Shown here piece by piece: positions 47,785 through 61,083 of a stretch of DNA of 64,000 bases. A model generated the notes under the pieces. The model did no database searches. It worked only from the letters and a program-made list of their open reading frames with translations, and was not told the DNA's origin. The position numbers were made by a program, and so were the translations under genes. Position 1 is the stretch's first letter. Every line of letters starts with the position of its first letter. Origin of the DNA: Podarcis muralis (Eukaryota); contig NC_135656.1 of assembly GCF_964188315.1 (NCBI RefSeq), forward strand, positions 62,744,001 through 62,808,000. Direction: 5' to 3'.

Positions 47785-48009
47785 AAAAAGGGAAAGGGAC
47801 CCCTGACCATTAGGTCCAGTCGTGACCGACTCTGGGGTTGCGGCGCTCATCTCGCTTTATTGGCCAAGGGAGCCGGCATACAGCTTCCGGGTCATGTGGC
47901 CAGCATGACTAAGCTGCTTCTGGCAAACCAGAGCAGCGCCCGGAAACGCCGTTTACCTTCCCGCCGGAGCGGTACCTGTTTATCTACTTGCACTTTGACA
48001 TGCTTTTGA
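47785..48009 (-). mobile_element. 5'-truncated Sauria SINE, no tRNA-derived head
   Basis: 3' two-thirds only; perfect 14-bp TSD acacagtgaaagta (47771-47784, 48010-48023) shows truncation happened at insertion. Confidence 0.92.
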
Positions 48010-48125
48010 ACACAGTGAAAGTAGTCCAGCATAAATGTTCAGAGATATGGAAACAGTTTTTAGGATCTTTCAGTCAGGCTGCAGCAGAGGTCTAAATGAT
48101 TGTGCTAAGTAATCATCGTCATCAT

Positions 48126-48463
48126 CGGCCCAGTATACCTGAAGGAGCGTCTCCACCCCCATCGTTCTGCCTGGACGCTGAGGTCCAGCGCCGAGGGCCT
48201 TCTGGCGGTTCCCTCATTGCGAGAAGCAAAGCTACAGGGAACCAGGCAGAGGACCTTCTTGGTAGTGGCGCCCGCCCTGTGGAACACCCTCCCATCAGAT
48301 GTCAAAGCGATAAACAACTACCTGACATTCAGAAGACATCTGAAGGCAGCCCTGTTCAGGGAAGTTTTTAATGTGTGACATCTTAGTGTATTTTTGGTTT
48401 TTGTGGAAGCCGCCCATAGTGGCTGGGGAAACCCTGCCAGATGGGTGGGGTACAAATAATAAA

Positions 48464-48514
<51 letters not shown>
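48126..48514 (+). mobile_element. L2 3' fragment with (ATT)n tail
   Basis: Matches the 3' end of the 24555-26214 element. Confidence 0.9.
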
Positions 48515-49099
48515 GCCCCCTCCAAGTTTATTCCAAAGGAGAGATTTGAAGAGAATTCTTCCTGGTTTGAATCACAGTTTTGTCACTCTCTCAAACCCAT
48601 GGAATCTAAATGCCGTTTAATTTTGTATATGGAGGAGCCAAGGATTGTTATACAGAGACTTGAAAGTACCAGTGGAAACAATGTGAAGTACTTTAGATTC
48701 AATTAAGATTAATTGGATGCACTTGGGTCCATTAGTCCTAATTCTTAGGAAACAGCTTTTCTCCAAGGATTTAAAAGGAAGCACAATTAGGATAAAATCT
48801 GTTGCTTTGGAAGCAGCCTGAGTCAGTGAGCCTTTGGACAAGGAGGCAGAGTACACAGGACAAAATGAAATTCTCGGGGGGGGGGGGGATATTTACACAG
48901 TTGCTTATAGCCAAGACATAGTGCAGAAATACTTGATGGTCTTGAGAGAACAGACCTAAAAAGGGAAGCACACAGATGATTTTACCTGAAAATGTTGCGC
49001 TCAGGAAGAATGACCCAGAGAACATGTTGCTTACATGCATTCATGTTCATTAGTAGCTCGTCTCTTTGTTGGACCCAAGCCAAACTGGATACAAAGTCT

Positions 49100-49689
49100 T
49101 GTTATGGAAAAATAAGATGGCAGTTGGGGGCGAGGGTGAGGAGAAGGGAATTTATAGCATGCAATTAGAAAGGGTGCTGACAGAAGTCAAAGGTTCTTTT
49201 AGGATTGGAAGACAATGAACACACGTATGGGTGAAGGCTACACATTCTTTATTAATGCATGCAAAGAAAATATAAAGCATAATACTACAACAAGACAACA
49301 ATGCTGACATTCCCTTCATTTAGTTCCTGGAAACCGCTTGGAGTAGCAATGGATGTGACTCATGGATTGGCCAATGTGCAGCACCTTCTGTAGTCCAGAT
49401 CTACTCCAAGTTCCAAGAAAGAGGGCTTCCCCACCTCTTTATAAGTCTATTATAAAGTTGCTCTCCTAGAACTTACACATTTTTCTAAATTATGCTGACA
49501 CAGCAGATTGATAGAGTAATCATAATTGTAGTGTAGCTTACACAACCACCTTGACCATGCTTATATTCTTATACAGAGAAATGGGCCGTGGTAGTCAACC
49601 AATATAGATAACTGTACTATATTAGGCTGTCCCTAATATGCTTTGAACCACCCTGTTTATGTTCTGAACCACCCTGTGTTATTTGGCAC
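49100..49689 (-). mobile_element. Possible solo LTR
   Basis: Minus strand has TATAAA (about 49443), then AATAAA (about 49243), and ends CATAACA; no TSD found. Confidence 0.35.
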
Positions 49690-49691
49690 TA

Positions 49692-49917
49692 CAGTGGAAC
49701 CTCAGTTCCCAAACGCCTCCGTTCTCGTACGTTTCGGTTCCCAAACACCGAAAGCCCAGAAGTAAATGCTTCCATTTTCGAATGTTTTTCGGAACCCGAA
49801 CATGAGACGCGGCTTCCACTGAGTGCAAGAAGCTCTTGTAACCAATGGGAAGCTGAATGTTTCAGAAGCCGAACGGGCTTCCTGAATGGATTTTGTTTGG
49901 GAACAGAGGTTCCACTG
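49692..49917. mobile_element. Tigger-like MITE family C, 226 bp
   Basis: CAGTGGAACCTC...GAGGTTCCACTG, TA TSD. Confidence 0.88.
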
Positions 49918-49944
49918 TATACAAATTTAGTAGTAGTAGTAAGT

Positions 49945-50323
49945 AGTAAAAGTAAATGACCCCTGGACGATTAAGTCCAGCCAAAGGCGACTATGGAGTT
50001 GCGGCGCTCATCTTGCTTTCAGGCCGAGGGAGCTGGCATTTGTCCACAGACAGCTTTGGGTCATTTGACCAGCATGACTAAACTGCTTCTGGCACAACAG
50101 AAGAACATGACGGGAACCAGAATGCATGTAAACGCCATTTACTTTCCTGCTGCAGCGGTACCTATCTATCTACTTGTACTAGTGTGCTTTCGAATTGCTA
50201 GGTTGGCAGAAGCTGGGACAGAGCAACGGGAGCTCACCTTGTTGTGTAGATTTGAACTGCCGACCTTCCGATCAGCAAGCCCAAGGGACTCAGTTGTTTA
50301 GACTGCAGCGCCACCAGCGTCCC
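49945..50323 (-). mobile_element. Older Sauria SINE
   Basis: Diverged full-length copy; head GGGACGCTGGTGGCGCTGCAG on the minus strand. Confidence 0.85.
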
Positions 50324-50977
50324 TTTTTACTACTAGTACTAGTAGTACTAATACTCCCTAAACAGGTGGCTGTTAATGTTAACATTGTCAGGTTCTGGAT
50401 TTCAGGGCATTATATAACATAAAACCTATACAATAAAAACAAAAAAATAAAAATGAAAGCAGCATTTAATAATGTATCTCCACCACAGTGACTAACCAAT
50501 TTCTAATTCTTTTCCGAAACAATTGCATTAGTCCACCACATCAAATAAGCATTTTCTTGAATGTCTTTTAAGGAACAGAACTTTGAAGATTTTCCAGAGG
50601 AGTAGCAAAAACAACAAAGCATCTTGGAACATCTTAATTATTATGGCACAAGCTTTTGTGACACGAAATCCACTTCACCAGATGATGTGGGTTCTAATCC
50701 ATGAAAGCTTATGTACAATAAAAGCTTATGCCATAATTAATTTGTTAGACTTTAAAGTGCTGCAAGCATTTTTCAGCGTAATCCTATGCAGCGTAATCTC
50801 AGAAGTAAATCCCATACCTTCCAAAAAGCCACAGAAAAAAATTGGGACTTGCATCTTTTGGAGCTGAGTCATGTGACACATGTCTTTACCTAAGAGAACA
50901 ATAGACTCAAAAAACCATAGAGTTGGGAGGGTTCCCTGAGGGTCAACTGGTCCAACCCACTGCCATAAAACTCACCC

Positions 50978-51712
50978 TGCCAGGGCCGGTTTCCTGAGGC
51001 TCAGAGTGCACACTTTCTCCTTAAAGCCAGCTGCCTACGGGGAACGCAGCCAGTTATAGGTGGAGACGGCATGTGGAGGGAGTCCAAAGGCCTGGGTATA
51101 CTCCAGTTAGACTAAGAAATAAGGGGTTTATTGTTTGCTACTCATTAGATGCATGATAAGACAGACTGTGAGGATTTAACTCTCCTTTTTCTCCAAGGTC
51201 AGATCAATATATTTTGCCACCTGAGGCAAAGGACAAGATGGCGTCCTTTCCCAAGGTACATACAGAAGCCAATTGCGCAGGCAATGGAATCTTATTCCAA
51301 TACTGGTGAAAGGAAAGGGTCTTCTACTGCATTTGTGGGCTAGTGTAGTGGTTACAGGGCAGTGCACATGGCACTCACTGCTCTGGCCACTCTCCCCACC
51401 TCAGTATCAGCCGCCTGAGGCAGCTTCCTCAGTCAGCTTTATAGCTTACCTTGGTTCTCAAATGTAATCCATTCTGGAAGTCCGTTCAACTTCCGAAAAT
51501 GTTCAAAAACCAAGCCACACTGGACGTCCAAAGAATGCTAAAAAACCGGAACACTTACTTCCTTGTTTTCAGCGTTCGGGAGCCAAAACGGGTGAGTACC
51601 AAGGCATTCAAGAACCAAGGTACAACCGTACTCCCTGGCCTCCTCCTCCTAGAGTCAAACTCTCTAAGGAATTGGAACTCTCTTCCATTATCTTTTTACC
51701 ATTCTGAGGACA
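50978..51712 (-). mobile_element. Possible ERV-like solo LTR with an internal Tigger-like fragment (about 51447-51630)
   Basis: Minus strand starts TGTCCTCAG, with TATAAA (about 51443) and AATAAA (about 51132). Internal inverted ends TACCTTGGTTCTC / AGAACCAAGGTA. No TSD found. Confidence 0.45.
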
Positions 51713-54700
51713 TTTTCAGATAGTCACTATTTTTTATAAAAAATAAAAATACAATCACATGGTTTTTCTGTTTGGAGACAGATGGGATGGACTTCCTCGC
51801 AATACTTTTGGAGTGAGTGGCGCAGAGAGCAGCTAGAGAGCAGCCAATTGACAGAAATGCCTCTCCAAGTTCAAATGAAGAGAAAAGATTGTGGCTCTGA
51901 GATTCTGGGGAACACTTTTTTAAAAATGGCTTTACATTTCACTTGGTACAACTAAGCCCTGGTTCCCTTAATAGACCAGCCTCCACTGACTTTAATCAGG
52001 GAGTAGGAAGAACAGAGAATAGAAAGAAAGCATTGAATTAAAATGCTAGAATTCAACTATGGCAAATCATTGTTTGTAGTCATGTTTCAAAGACATCCTC
52101 TCAGTTAACAATGTATACTAATAACTTGGGGAATTCTCAGTGACAAGGAGCCCTAATTTTGCACATATCTATAAATCCCCTATTGCAGCCCAGCTTTAAA
52201 GGGGATTTGGAACGTTTTGCAGTTCCCTCACAGCTTTGTTTTGTCAGGGACTGAGGAAAAGATGGTTTCCCAACCCAGATATGCATTTTTCAGAGGTTTC
52301 TGCTTAGCTGCGCATGTTATTAATTAGACAGACAGTGCTGCCAAAGGTGGCCATTGTCAACATTTCATTAAAGCCTTTTTCAAAGGGAAGCTGAGTGCAT
52401 CTGCTTTAGAAATAATGAGTTAGTTCATTTTCCAACTCCCATGGCATTTTATAAGAAACGTCTGCCCAAGCCAGAGGTCTGTTAAAGCATTTTGTAAAAT
52501 AAAAATAAAAATGGAACAACAGGATTTTGCAGAAAACAAAATCCCCATTAATTTTACTTTTAGCCCTTTGCCAACACTTTCCTTAATCCAACCACAGTGG
52601 AGTGATCATCTCATTTCCAGAAAAGGCCTTGTGTGCATGTGTTGAGGGGAGGTGGCCTTGATGTCAGAGTTTCCTTGTTTACTACTTTTGAGTCCCACCC
52701 CCCCAAATCATAAATGTGCGGTTGGTGTACAAATGCAAAGCTGAATGAAGGGAGAGGGCTATAGCTCATTGGTACAGCGTAGCTTTACCAACCCCATAGT
52801 ATGTCTATGCCTGTAGACCTCTTGTTGCAAGTGCATCAGAGATGCGCAAGTTTCAGATCATTCCTTACTCTGGTGAACAACGTGCATGCAAATACACACC
52901 TGTGGGCTCAAATTGCCCCTGATCCTTCCCTTAACTACCTATCCAGAGAACAAACATTGATCAACAATTCTGAGCAACCAATATGCTATAATGAGCATAA
53001 TGAGATTTACTGTGAGATTTTGATGTTTAATAGAGCACACTTTTATGATCCGTTTACTAACAGGTCTTGCTTCAGAAGCTAGAACAGGACAAGCTATTGG
53101 AATTAATGAATTAATGACATACCACAGACAGAGAAAATCCCTCAGTAATGGGACTGAGAGAGAACCCTCCAGTTTGAGAATAGCACGAAAAGCTGGAGGG
53201 CTATTGTCTTCCAACACCACACACTTTTCACATTAGTGTTGCGTAAGGAAGCTCTTAACTCACAGAACTCCTGGTTCCAAAGATAGATGCAACATATTTA
53301 TGTAACTAAGCAGTCACTAGCCACAAGGGTCAAATACATGCCTTCACATTGGCTGGCTGACCTATCCGCTGAGAGCTGGCCTGAGGATGGGGATATTGTG
53401 AAAGCAGAGCACATTTCTTCATTTGCTCTGCTGCTCTCCAAGAATATCCCTGTGTGCGATTGCCGGATAGAGAAACTATTGTTTTAAAACTAAATGCTGA
53501 AATAAGACTCTCAGGAATGGACTCTATCTACCACAAGCATGAACCACTGCTGTTATTCCTTTCCTTCAGGAAGGAAAAACAATAATACTTTACAAGACTC
53601 CAACATAAATATTTTCAGTACAAGCAAGGAACAGCTGCATGATGGGTCACCAGCCTTTGGGGACCAAAGGGCACATTTGCAAAACAAAAGAGACCACAAC
53701 CAAGCGTATAAACTACAACCTATCCTTTTGGCTACAAAAGCTTAATTTCAGTGAGGGGAGAAGAGTCTGCTGAGCAATGCTTGTTCTACTTTTTAAAATT
53801 TTCTTGAAACTATAATCTAAGACTCCTCCATCGCCTTGCAATTAAGCAATTGAATGCCAAGGAGATTTTAAAGACATGGGCTACTGGATGGTGGCTAAGG
53901 CTAAAAAGCACAAATTAACGATGGCGAGGATAGAAACCATGCTTTTTAATGCATGCCAGTGAAAGGAAGGATTTTCAGGGTTCTGAGGCTGAACCAAAAG
54001 ACTCATCCATACTGGCAAGAAATACAGGCAATTGCTGTGTGCAATGCAATAAAAGAATTAGGAAGCAATGGAAAAGTCACTCGGGGTGATGAAAGACTTG
54101 CTCTTTCATGACTGCCAAGAAATCAATTCCCCTTTCAAAATCTGAAAAGGGGCGGAGGGTAAGGGCTGAGAGTGCAGCTGTTCATCCTGATTTTAGCTGG
54201 AGGATGAACAGAAAGCTGAATTTAATTCTCAAAAATATTGGCGGTGGCAGTGGGGGGTGGAGATCTATTCTAAAGGAATCACTAGTGTGTAATAAATACT
54301 GCTTCATGTGAAGTGCCTGGAGAATTGCCTAATCAACAAGGGAATGCTAAAGAACAACAACTGCAAAAATAAAGTTTCATGCTTGACTGAAGCTATGACC
54401 ATCTTTTCTGTGAGTCCTGGAAGACCTGCTCCCTGCCTTGCAGGCCTTTTCCCACTTGGCCTGGGAGGGCAGGACCTCTGACTGACTCCAGCTACAAAAA
54501 CTGAGGCTGCCGAACAGACTCTTGGGCTCGGTATTGTTTGGGGGGCTTTGTTCAGGTGTGTGTGCTGCTACTGATATTATTATTTTTTAGTTGAAAACTT
54601 ATTATGATTTGTGTTGAAATTAATTTGGTTGTGTCCTTTTTGATGTTTTATTTATTGTTTATGCCTACTTTTGGTTATGTTTGTAATGATGTATTTTTTT

Positions 54701-54792
54701 TCATGTTGCAAGGCGCCTTGAGCATGGTTTGAACAAGGGAAAGGTGGTATACAAATAAAATGATGTGTGTATAGAATCACAGAATTGTAGAA

Positions 54793-54992
54793 NNNNNNNN
54801 NNNNNNNNNNNNNNNNNNNNNNNNNNNNNNNNNNNNNNNNNNNNNNNNNNNNNNNNNNNNNNNNNNNNNNNNNNNNNNNNNNNNNNNNNNNNNNNNNNNN
54901 NNNNNNNNNNNNNNNNNNNNNNNNNNNNNNNNNNNNNNNNNNNNNNNNNNNNNNNNNNNNNNNNNNNNNNNNNNNNNNNNNNNNNNNNNNNN
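54793..54992. other. Assembly gap, 200 N
   Basis: Exactly 200 Ns; left flank ends in a CR1-type tail. Confidence 0.99.
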
Positions 54993-55142
54993 TAACGTCA
55001 TCAGATGAGCTCCTCCTAGTGGCCCTTGAGTGAGGGCCTGGGACAGAGCTATTTCAGTCAGAGGTGGGTGCTTGCGTGCAGAAATCTCTCCCTGTGGAGA
55101 TGTGCCTGGCCTTAAGCAGAAGTAACAAATTGTCAAAGAACC

Positions 55143-55265
55143 AGGAGGGGAAGTTGAGGGACGTCAAGGGGTGGGGGGGGAGTTTTGTTTTAATTTCTAT
55201 CTTCTTTGTTTATATGATAAATGTGTTGAATACTAAAATGTAAAATCTAATATTTTTTTTAAAAG
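55143..55265 (+). mobile_element. Possible L1-type 3' UTR tail
   Basis: G-rich then T-rich segment ending in an AT-rich tail, similar in layout to 7680-7820; no TSD found. Confidence 0.35.
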
Positions 55266-55362
55266 AAATGTGTCTGGCCTCATTTGTTTAAAGCGTCAAG
55301 CAGCTGGACAAGAAGATGCATTAGTGCATTCTTAATTGACTGTTATTTTATGGATTTTATGT

Positions 55363-55644
55363 TTTCCAATTAAACTTTTATTGCACTAGCCATAGGCCAT
55401 GGCATCATTCAGAAGGACAACAAAAACAACAACAATAACCATAAAAATCATTGGGCACCACACATACAATAAAACCATGGTCACGGCTACTAAAATTATT
55501 TGTTGCATTAAATAGAATAGAATAGCAGAAGATTCTCAGGTAAGATGTGCCAAATTAAATATCCGAATCCCCTTTGCAGTTAACTGGTATTTCATCTAGT
55601 TCCTTCCTCCTGATCTTCTTAGCTGCCAGCGCATAGAGTGCTAC
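55363..55644 (-). mobile_element. 5'-truncated non-LTR retrotransposon end, family uncertain
   Basis: Perfect 16-bp TSD tttatggattttatgt (55347-55362, 55645-55660); minus strand reads VALYALAAKKIRRKELDEIPVNCKGDSDI*, then a UTR ending AATAAAAGTTTAATTGGAAA. Confidence 0.75.
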
Positions 55645-55861
55645 TTTATGGATTTTATGTATTCTTACCTCCTTGATTATGTTGTTAAACTGCCCTCTGA
55701 AAAGAGCAGCATGCAAATAAAAAAAAATCTGAAGTAGAGAGGAGTAGACACCACAGGAATATATTTAGGTGCAGTGGAATGAAATTCATGTTTTAACAAA
55801 GCTAAAAACGTTGGTGCCTTAGCTAATTGTGTTATCAGGGTCAAAAGAAGAAATAGGGTCT

Positions 55862-56628
55862 GGAAATAAGGTTTGAGATTTACTGCATGCAATACATTAA
55901 AAGAAAACGTGATGAAGATGATGTATAGATGGTACATCACACCAGTTAAGTTAGCAAAAATGTATAAAGTCAATAATAAATGTTGGAAATGTAAAGAAAA
56001 AGAAGGATTATTTTATCATATGTGGTGGGAATGTAAAAAGGTGAAATGCTTCTGGGAGATGATATATAATGAGTTGAAAAAAATGTTGAAATACACTTTT
56101 ATTAAAAAACCGGCAGCATTTCTTTTAGGCATTGTTGGAAATGATACAAACAGGAAAGATTGTAAGTTGTTTTTATATGCAGTAACAGCAGCAAGAATAT
56201 GATTGGCCCAAAAATGGAAGCAAGAAGAACCACCAACATTAGAAGAATGGAGGATGAAATTGATGGACTACGCAGAATTAGACAAGCTAACAGGAAGGAT
56301 CCGAGACCGGCGAGACCAGAGGTTTACCAAAGACTGGACTAAATTTACTGAGTATCTTGAAAAGTATTTGTGATGATCAGATTATGTTTGTAGGACTACA
56401 AGAAGTTCTGTGAGGAGTAATTTAAGAAATATATTGTAAAAATGGAAAGGGAGAAATGATTTGCTAGAAAAGGCAATATTACGTTAAGAATTGCAGGAGA
56501 AATAATCAAGACGGAAGGCTATCAGAGATGCTGAAGGAAGTCCAAACAAGGACATATGTATAATAATTTGTGTGGTATGTCTTTAAAATTTTTGTATGCT
56601 AAAAGTTAATAAAAAATATTATTTAAAA

Positions 56629-56657
<29 letters not shown>
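55862..56657 (+). mobile_element. L1 LINE 3' fragment: ORF2 C-terminal zinc knuckle, 3' UTR and A/(GAAA)n tail
   Basis: CWKCKEKEGLFYHMWWEC motif; one in-frame TGA at 56200; frame continues to DWTKFTEYLEKYL* (56371-56373); probable TSD agaaa(t/g)agggtct (55849-55861, 56658-56670). Confidence 0.88.
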
Positions 56658-56664
<7 letters not shown>

Positions 56665-57079
56665 GGGTCTCTGTTTGTAGAGACTGCAAAAGACACATCA
56701 GGGACGTCAGCACAGGAGTTAAAAAAGCATGTGCGATGTGAAAAGAGAGCAGGACTAGACGCTGTGTTGTTTAGCCAGTCCTGGTTGCAGAGTTCTAGTC
56801 TGATCACAGTGAGCACTTAGCATTCATATCCATCCTTCAGACATGAAGGAGTAAAACAGAGAGAGAGAGATCTGTATATACTATATACCATCATAAACTG
56901 CTCTTATCCAATCCAACCATCTAGTGGACATCCTAGGTAACTGCAGGAATTCTCCAAAGGAAACCAGAGCTTCCACACAACCAAAAAAAATGCAGTGCTC
57001 AACCAAATATTACCCTCCTTCAAGCCCCACTTCATGATAACTATTCCATCACACCATCCCTACATAATGGATATTGTCT

Positions 57080-57540
57080 AGCAGCAGAGGGTATTGCGGC
57101 CTCCTGTGGCAGTGAGTTCCACAGTTTAACTGTACGCTGTGTGAAGAAGTACTACCCGCTGTCCTGCATTTCAAAGCCTTCAGCTTCATTGGATGGTCCT
57201 GGGTTCTAGAATTATGACAGAGGGAGAAAAAGACCTCTGTCGTGTCCCATCTTACATGCTATCTCCCTCCCCTCAAATTATAAAGCCAGAAATGTAATAT
57301 TTTCTCATAGGGAAGTTTCTCCAGTGGTGACAAGAAATTTTCCGCACCGTGTACCACATGACCTTCCTACGCCTGTGCTCCAGCCTTTGCTAAATATTTT
57401 CCAGTTCTACAGTATCCTTTGGGAAGTGAGGTGACCAGAACACAGTATTCCAAATGCAGTTGCGCCATAGGTAATATGGTAGTGCTATGATATTGGCAGT
57501 TTTGTTTTCAATTCCTTTCTGGAAATTACGGTATATGAGA
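57080..57540 (-). mobile_element. Degenerate CR1 ORF2 3' fragment
   Basis: Minus-strand WSPHFPKDTVELENI resembles the CR1 FWSPHYKKDIELLERVQ motif. Confidence 0.75.
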
Positions 57541-58139
57541 AAATATCCACAAGCTTGAAACTCACACCCCCAAATTCTACACAGTCTCTGGTCTGCTTCT
57601 CCCATTTCAAACAGGCAAACAGCATGCCGAAGCCCAAATAATAGGTTGTACCTACAGGCGTCAGACATGAGACAGAAATGGTAACCAATGGCTCTTAATC
57701 CATCATGCCTATTAGTCTAGTGTTTCCAGTCGAGTAATTAGAACAGAAAGTCAGAGGTGAAATGAAGGTAAATGGCCAATTACCCGTTGTTCCAGGAAAT
57801 GAAGTTTTCACTTATCATTTTACAGGCAAAGTGCAGCTCTACAAATTTCTAAATGCTATTGGATGATTAGCCAGACTGAGACATGATCATTTCAACATTT
57901 GGAAACAACATAATTAAGTCAGGTATGATCCCTTTGCAGTATCATGAACTGCCTTTGAGCCTTTTATGCTCTTATTTAATGTGATACATGTAGGCATCCC
58001 TGATTTGGGGAAATTGTTGATAGGGAATTTGATGGTAGCGGCAAAAATGGTACAGGGCTATGAAGCTCCCTGCTGTCTGTGAATGGTTGATCCAATATCT
58101 TGAGCTAGCAGAAATAGACAAGATTGCAGAATGGGTGTA

Positions 58140-58354
58140 CAGTGGTACCTCAGGTTACATACGCTTCAGGTTACAGACTCCGCTAACCCAGAAATATTAC
58201 CTCGGGTTAAGGAGGTTGCTTCAGGATGAGAACAGAAATCTTGCAGCGGCAGCGGGAGGCCCCATTAGCTAAAGTGGTGCTTCAGGTTAAGAACAGTTTC
58301 AGGTTAAGAACAGACCTCCGGAACGAATTAAGTACTTAACACGAGGTACCACTG
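58140..58354. mobile_element. Tigger-like MITE family A, 215 bp
   Basis: CAGTGGTACCTC...GAGGTACCACTG, TA TSD. Confidence 0.9.
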
Positions 58355-59393
58355 TACAAGGGATGGCAGTTTTGACAGATAAAGGCTCAAATCTTTTTTT
58401 ATATTGGAATGGGTTTATATTCTGGTTACAGGGGTCTGGATAGGAATTTGTTTGCCTGAATTGTCCATGTACCCGAAGGACTGTAATACCTTTCAACCTG
58501 CCTCCTTCGCCTGCCGTATCAGTTGCCTGCATTGTAAGTATAGTGGTGATTGTCTTTATATAAGAGAAATTCACATGTCAGATTACTTGTATCACACCAC
58601 TACTAAGGTTGTGGTGAGAAGCCAGCCAAAGTCAACATCTATAGCCCATGTTTCCTGAATGCCATTTAAAGATAGTAGATGGGTTCCCTGCCAACTGTGG
58701 GACTCTAAATCCTGTTGTAAATGCCCCAATACATTTGGAGAAGGAAGGAACAGGACCTTTAGGATCAGAGCTGGCATCGTGAGGTCTTGCTAAGCCAAAG
58801 GGAAATGTTTGGGTGGTGGCAACATTTAAGCAGCTTACTTGAATACATGGGCGTTCAGATCATGAGACGAGCTATGCCCATGTGGTCTAGCACCCTGTTT
58901 TCACAGTAGCCAACCAGTTGCCTATAGGAAGCCTGGACACAGGACACAAGCAGTCTCCCACCTTGCAATTCCCAGCAATGGGTATATGGATATTTGCTGC
59001 TTCCAATACGTGGCCACAATGGCTAGTCATTTTATCCTCCAGGAATTTGTCTACAACCTCCCTTTAAAAGCTACTACAATCCCAAGATCCCTCTTTCTCA
59101 CTCACCGCCAGGTCTCACACACCCTGTAGGCATATTTGTGAAGTTATTGTGGTTTTGACTTTCCCTCTCAACTTCCTTTCCCGCCCCCCAAAACCCTTCA
59201 TTTTTAAGGAGGATTCTTCTTGGGAGAGGATAATTTGAAATTTTGGCATTGAAGCACTGTCCTAAAGCTGTTTACTCAGAAGTAAGTCCAACTGAGTTCA
59301 GTGGCAGCTAGTCACATATAACCCATGAACTTCATTTCATTTTTCTTGTCATTACAGCGGGAGGGCCATGAGCCAAAGTAAAAATACAGTATA

Positions 59394-59635
59394 CAGTGGT
59401 ACCTCGGGTTAAGAACTTAATTCGTTCTGGAGGTTCGTTCTTAACCTGAAACTGTTCTTAGCCTGAAGCACCACTTTAGCTAATGGGGCCTCCTGCTGCC
59501 GCCACGCCGCCGGAGCACGATTTCTGTTCTCATCCTGAAGCAAAGTTCTTAACCCGAGGTACTATTTCTGGGTTAGCGGAGTCTGTAACCTGAAGCGTCC
59601 ATAACCTGAAGCGTCTGTAACCCGAGGTACCACTG
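59394..59635. mobile_element. Tigger-like MITE family A, 242 bp, opposite orientation
   Basis: Same termini and TA TSD; reverse complement of 23993-24234. Confidence 0.92.
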
Positions 59636-60796
59636 TATTTGCTAGAGCTGGGCTTTTTCTCTGTAGCATTCTCACACAGCATATGTTTAAAGCACATCCC
59701 CTCCCCAAATAATCCAGTGAGGTGTATTTTGTTAAGGATTCTTGGGAGGGTGCTTTAAATGTATGGTGTGTATACAGAAGGGGCTGCCCTCAAGAATTTG
59801 AGCTGCAGCAGAGAAAACTGCCACATTAAGGCAGATTTGGCTGCACAATTGGTGGTTTTGCTGCCACACTAACTGCTTTGGATCACAGGTCCAGTCCCTT
59901 TCCTTCCTAGCTATTTAAAGACAAAATTGGTTCAGAATCTTTGAATCCCTGTCAAGGGTTTTAAGTAAGTTAAGCGCAACGGCTGAACCATGTCCAAAGG
60001 GAAGCAACGGTATTGTTTCCTGGAGGCCTTTTAGCCTCAATAACAGATTGTATTTATACACTGTTTAGAGCTGTGATTGCTCAAGCTGAGCCAAGTCAGC
60101 TTTGGCCTTTCTTTTGCTCTGGGAAGGGGTCCCCCTAGTCTAATAGCATAAACATTTCAACATCGTGGACTGGAAGTGGTTTATGCAAAAAGACCTGGGA
60201 TTTCTCGTAACACAAGAGGAACTGCACATTTCTTGGAAGCAATTTAGGCAGCATGAAACATCTCTGAGACGGCCTGATATTCATATTATGCCTTTGATGG
60301 ATTTAACGTATGCTCCACTTGGAGTGCTTCCATAGAAGGTGTTTTGTCTGGAGTTTCTATACTTCATTAAGAACAGGTTAGATCAGGCCAAAGACTCATC
60401 TAGTCCCACCTTTTATTCTCACAGTGGCCAACGAGATGCCTATGGGAAGACCATAAGCAGGACATGAAAGGAACATCACTCTCCACACTTGTGATCCCCA
60501 GCAACTTGCACCACAGCCATCACAACCTTTTATCTCACTTTCTAATTTTCTTCCTCTGTGGCCCTTTCCCCACACAGGAAGGAGACCTTCCTTCCCTCCT
60601 TCCCCCAGCCACCTTTCTCAGCGTGCAAGCAGTTGCTGGTGCTCACACTGATCCAACCGAAATGTCGTGGGTTAAGGGGAGAGATGACAATTGAAGAGGC
60701 AATGAGGCCCATCTGAAAGTGGGCCACCGGTGGATCCCAGTCCACTGTTTGAGAAACACTGCTTCAGTGCTACACATGGTCAGTGATACATCAAGA

Positions 60797-61023
60797 CAGT
60801 GGTACCTCTGTATAAGTCTGCCCTGTCCAGCATCCATTTCGGCGGACGTCCACAGCAAACCAGGAAGTACTGGAACGGGTTACTTCTGGGTTTGCTGCTC
60901 GCGCATGCGCAGAAGCACATACCGCTCCATGTGTGACCACAGGGCGGCAGTTTGTCGAGCGTCTTTTTCATCAAGCGTCTGGGGCTCTGGAATGGATCCC
61001 GGACTCAAAACAAGGTACCACTG
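60797..61023. mobile_element. Tigger-like MITE family D, 227 bp
   Basis: CAGTGGTACCT...AGGTACCACTG; left TA reads GA. Confidence 0.8.
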
Positions 61024-61083
61024 TAAAATGAACCTATCACAACTCACCACACTTTCAGGATAATATTAGCAATAGGTGCCATT

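Noticed and set aside
52280-52500. Repeat-free segment with TAATTA motifs that looks like a conserved non-coding element
   Set aside because: Conservation cannot be judged from a single sequence.
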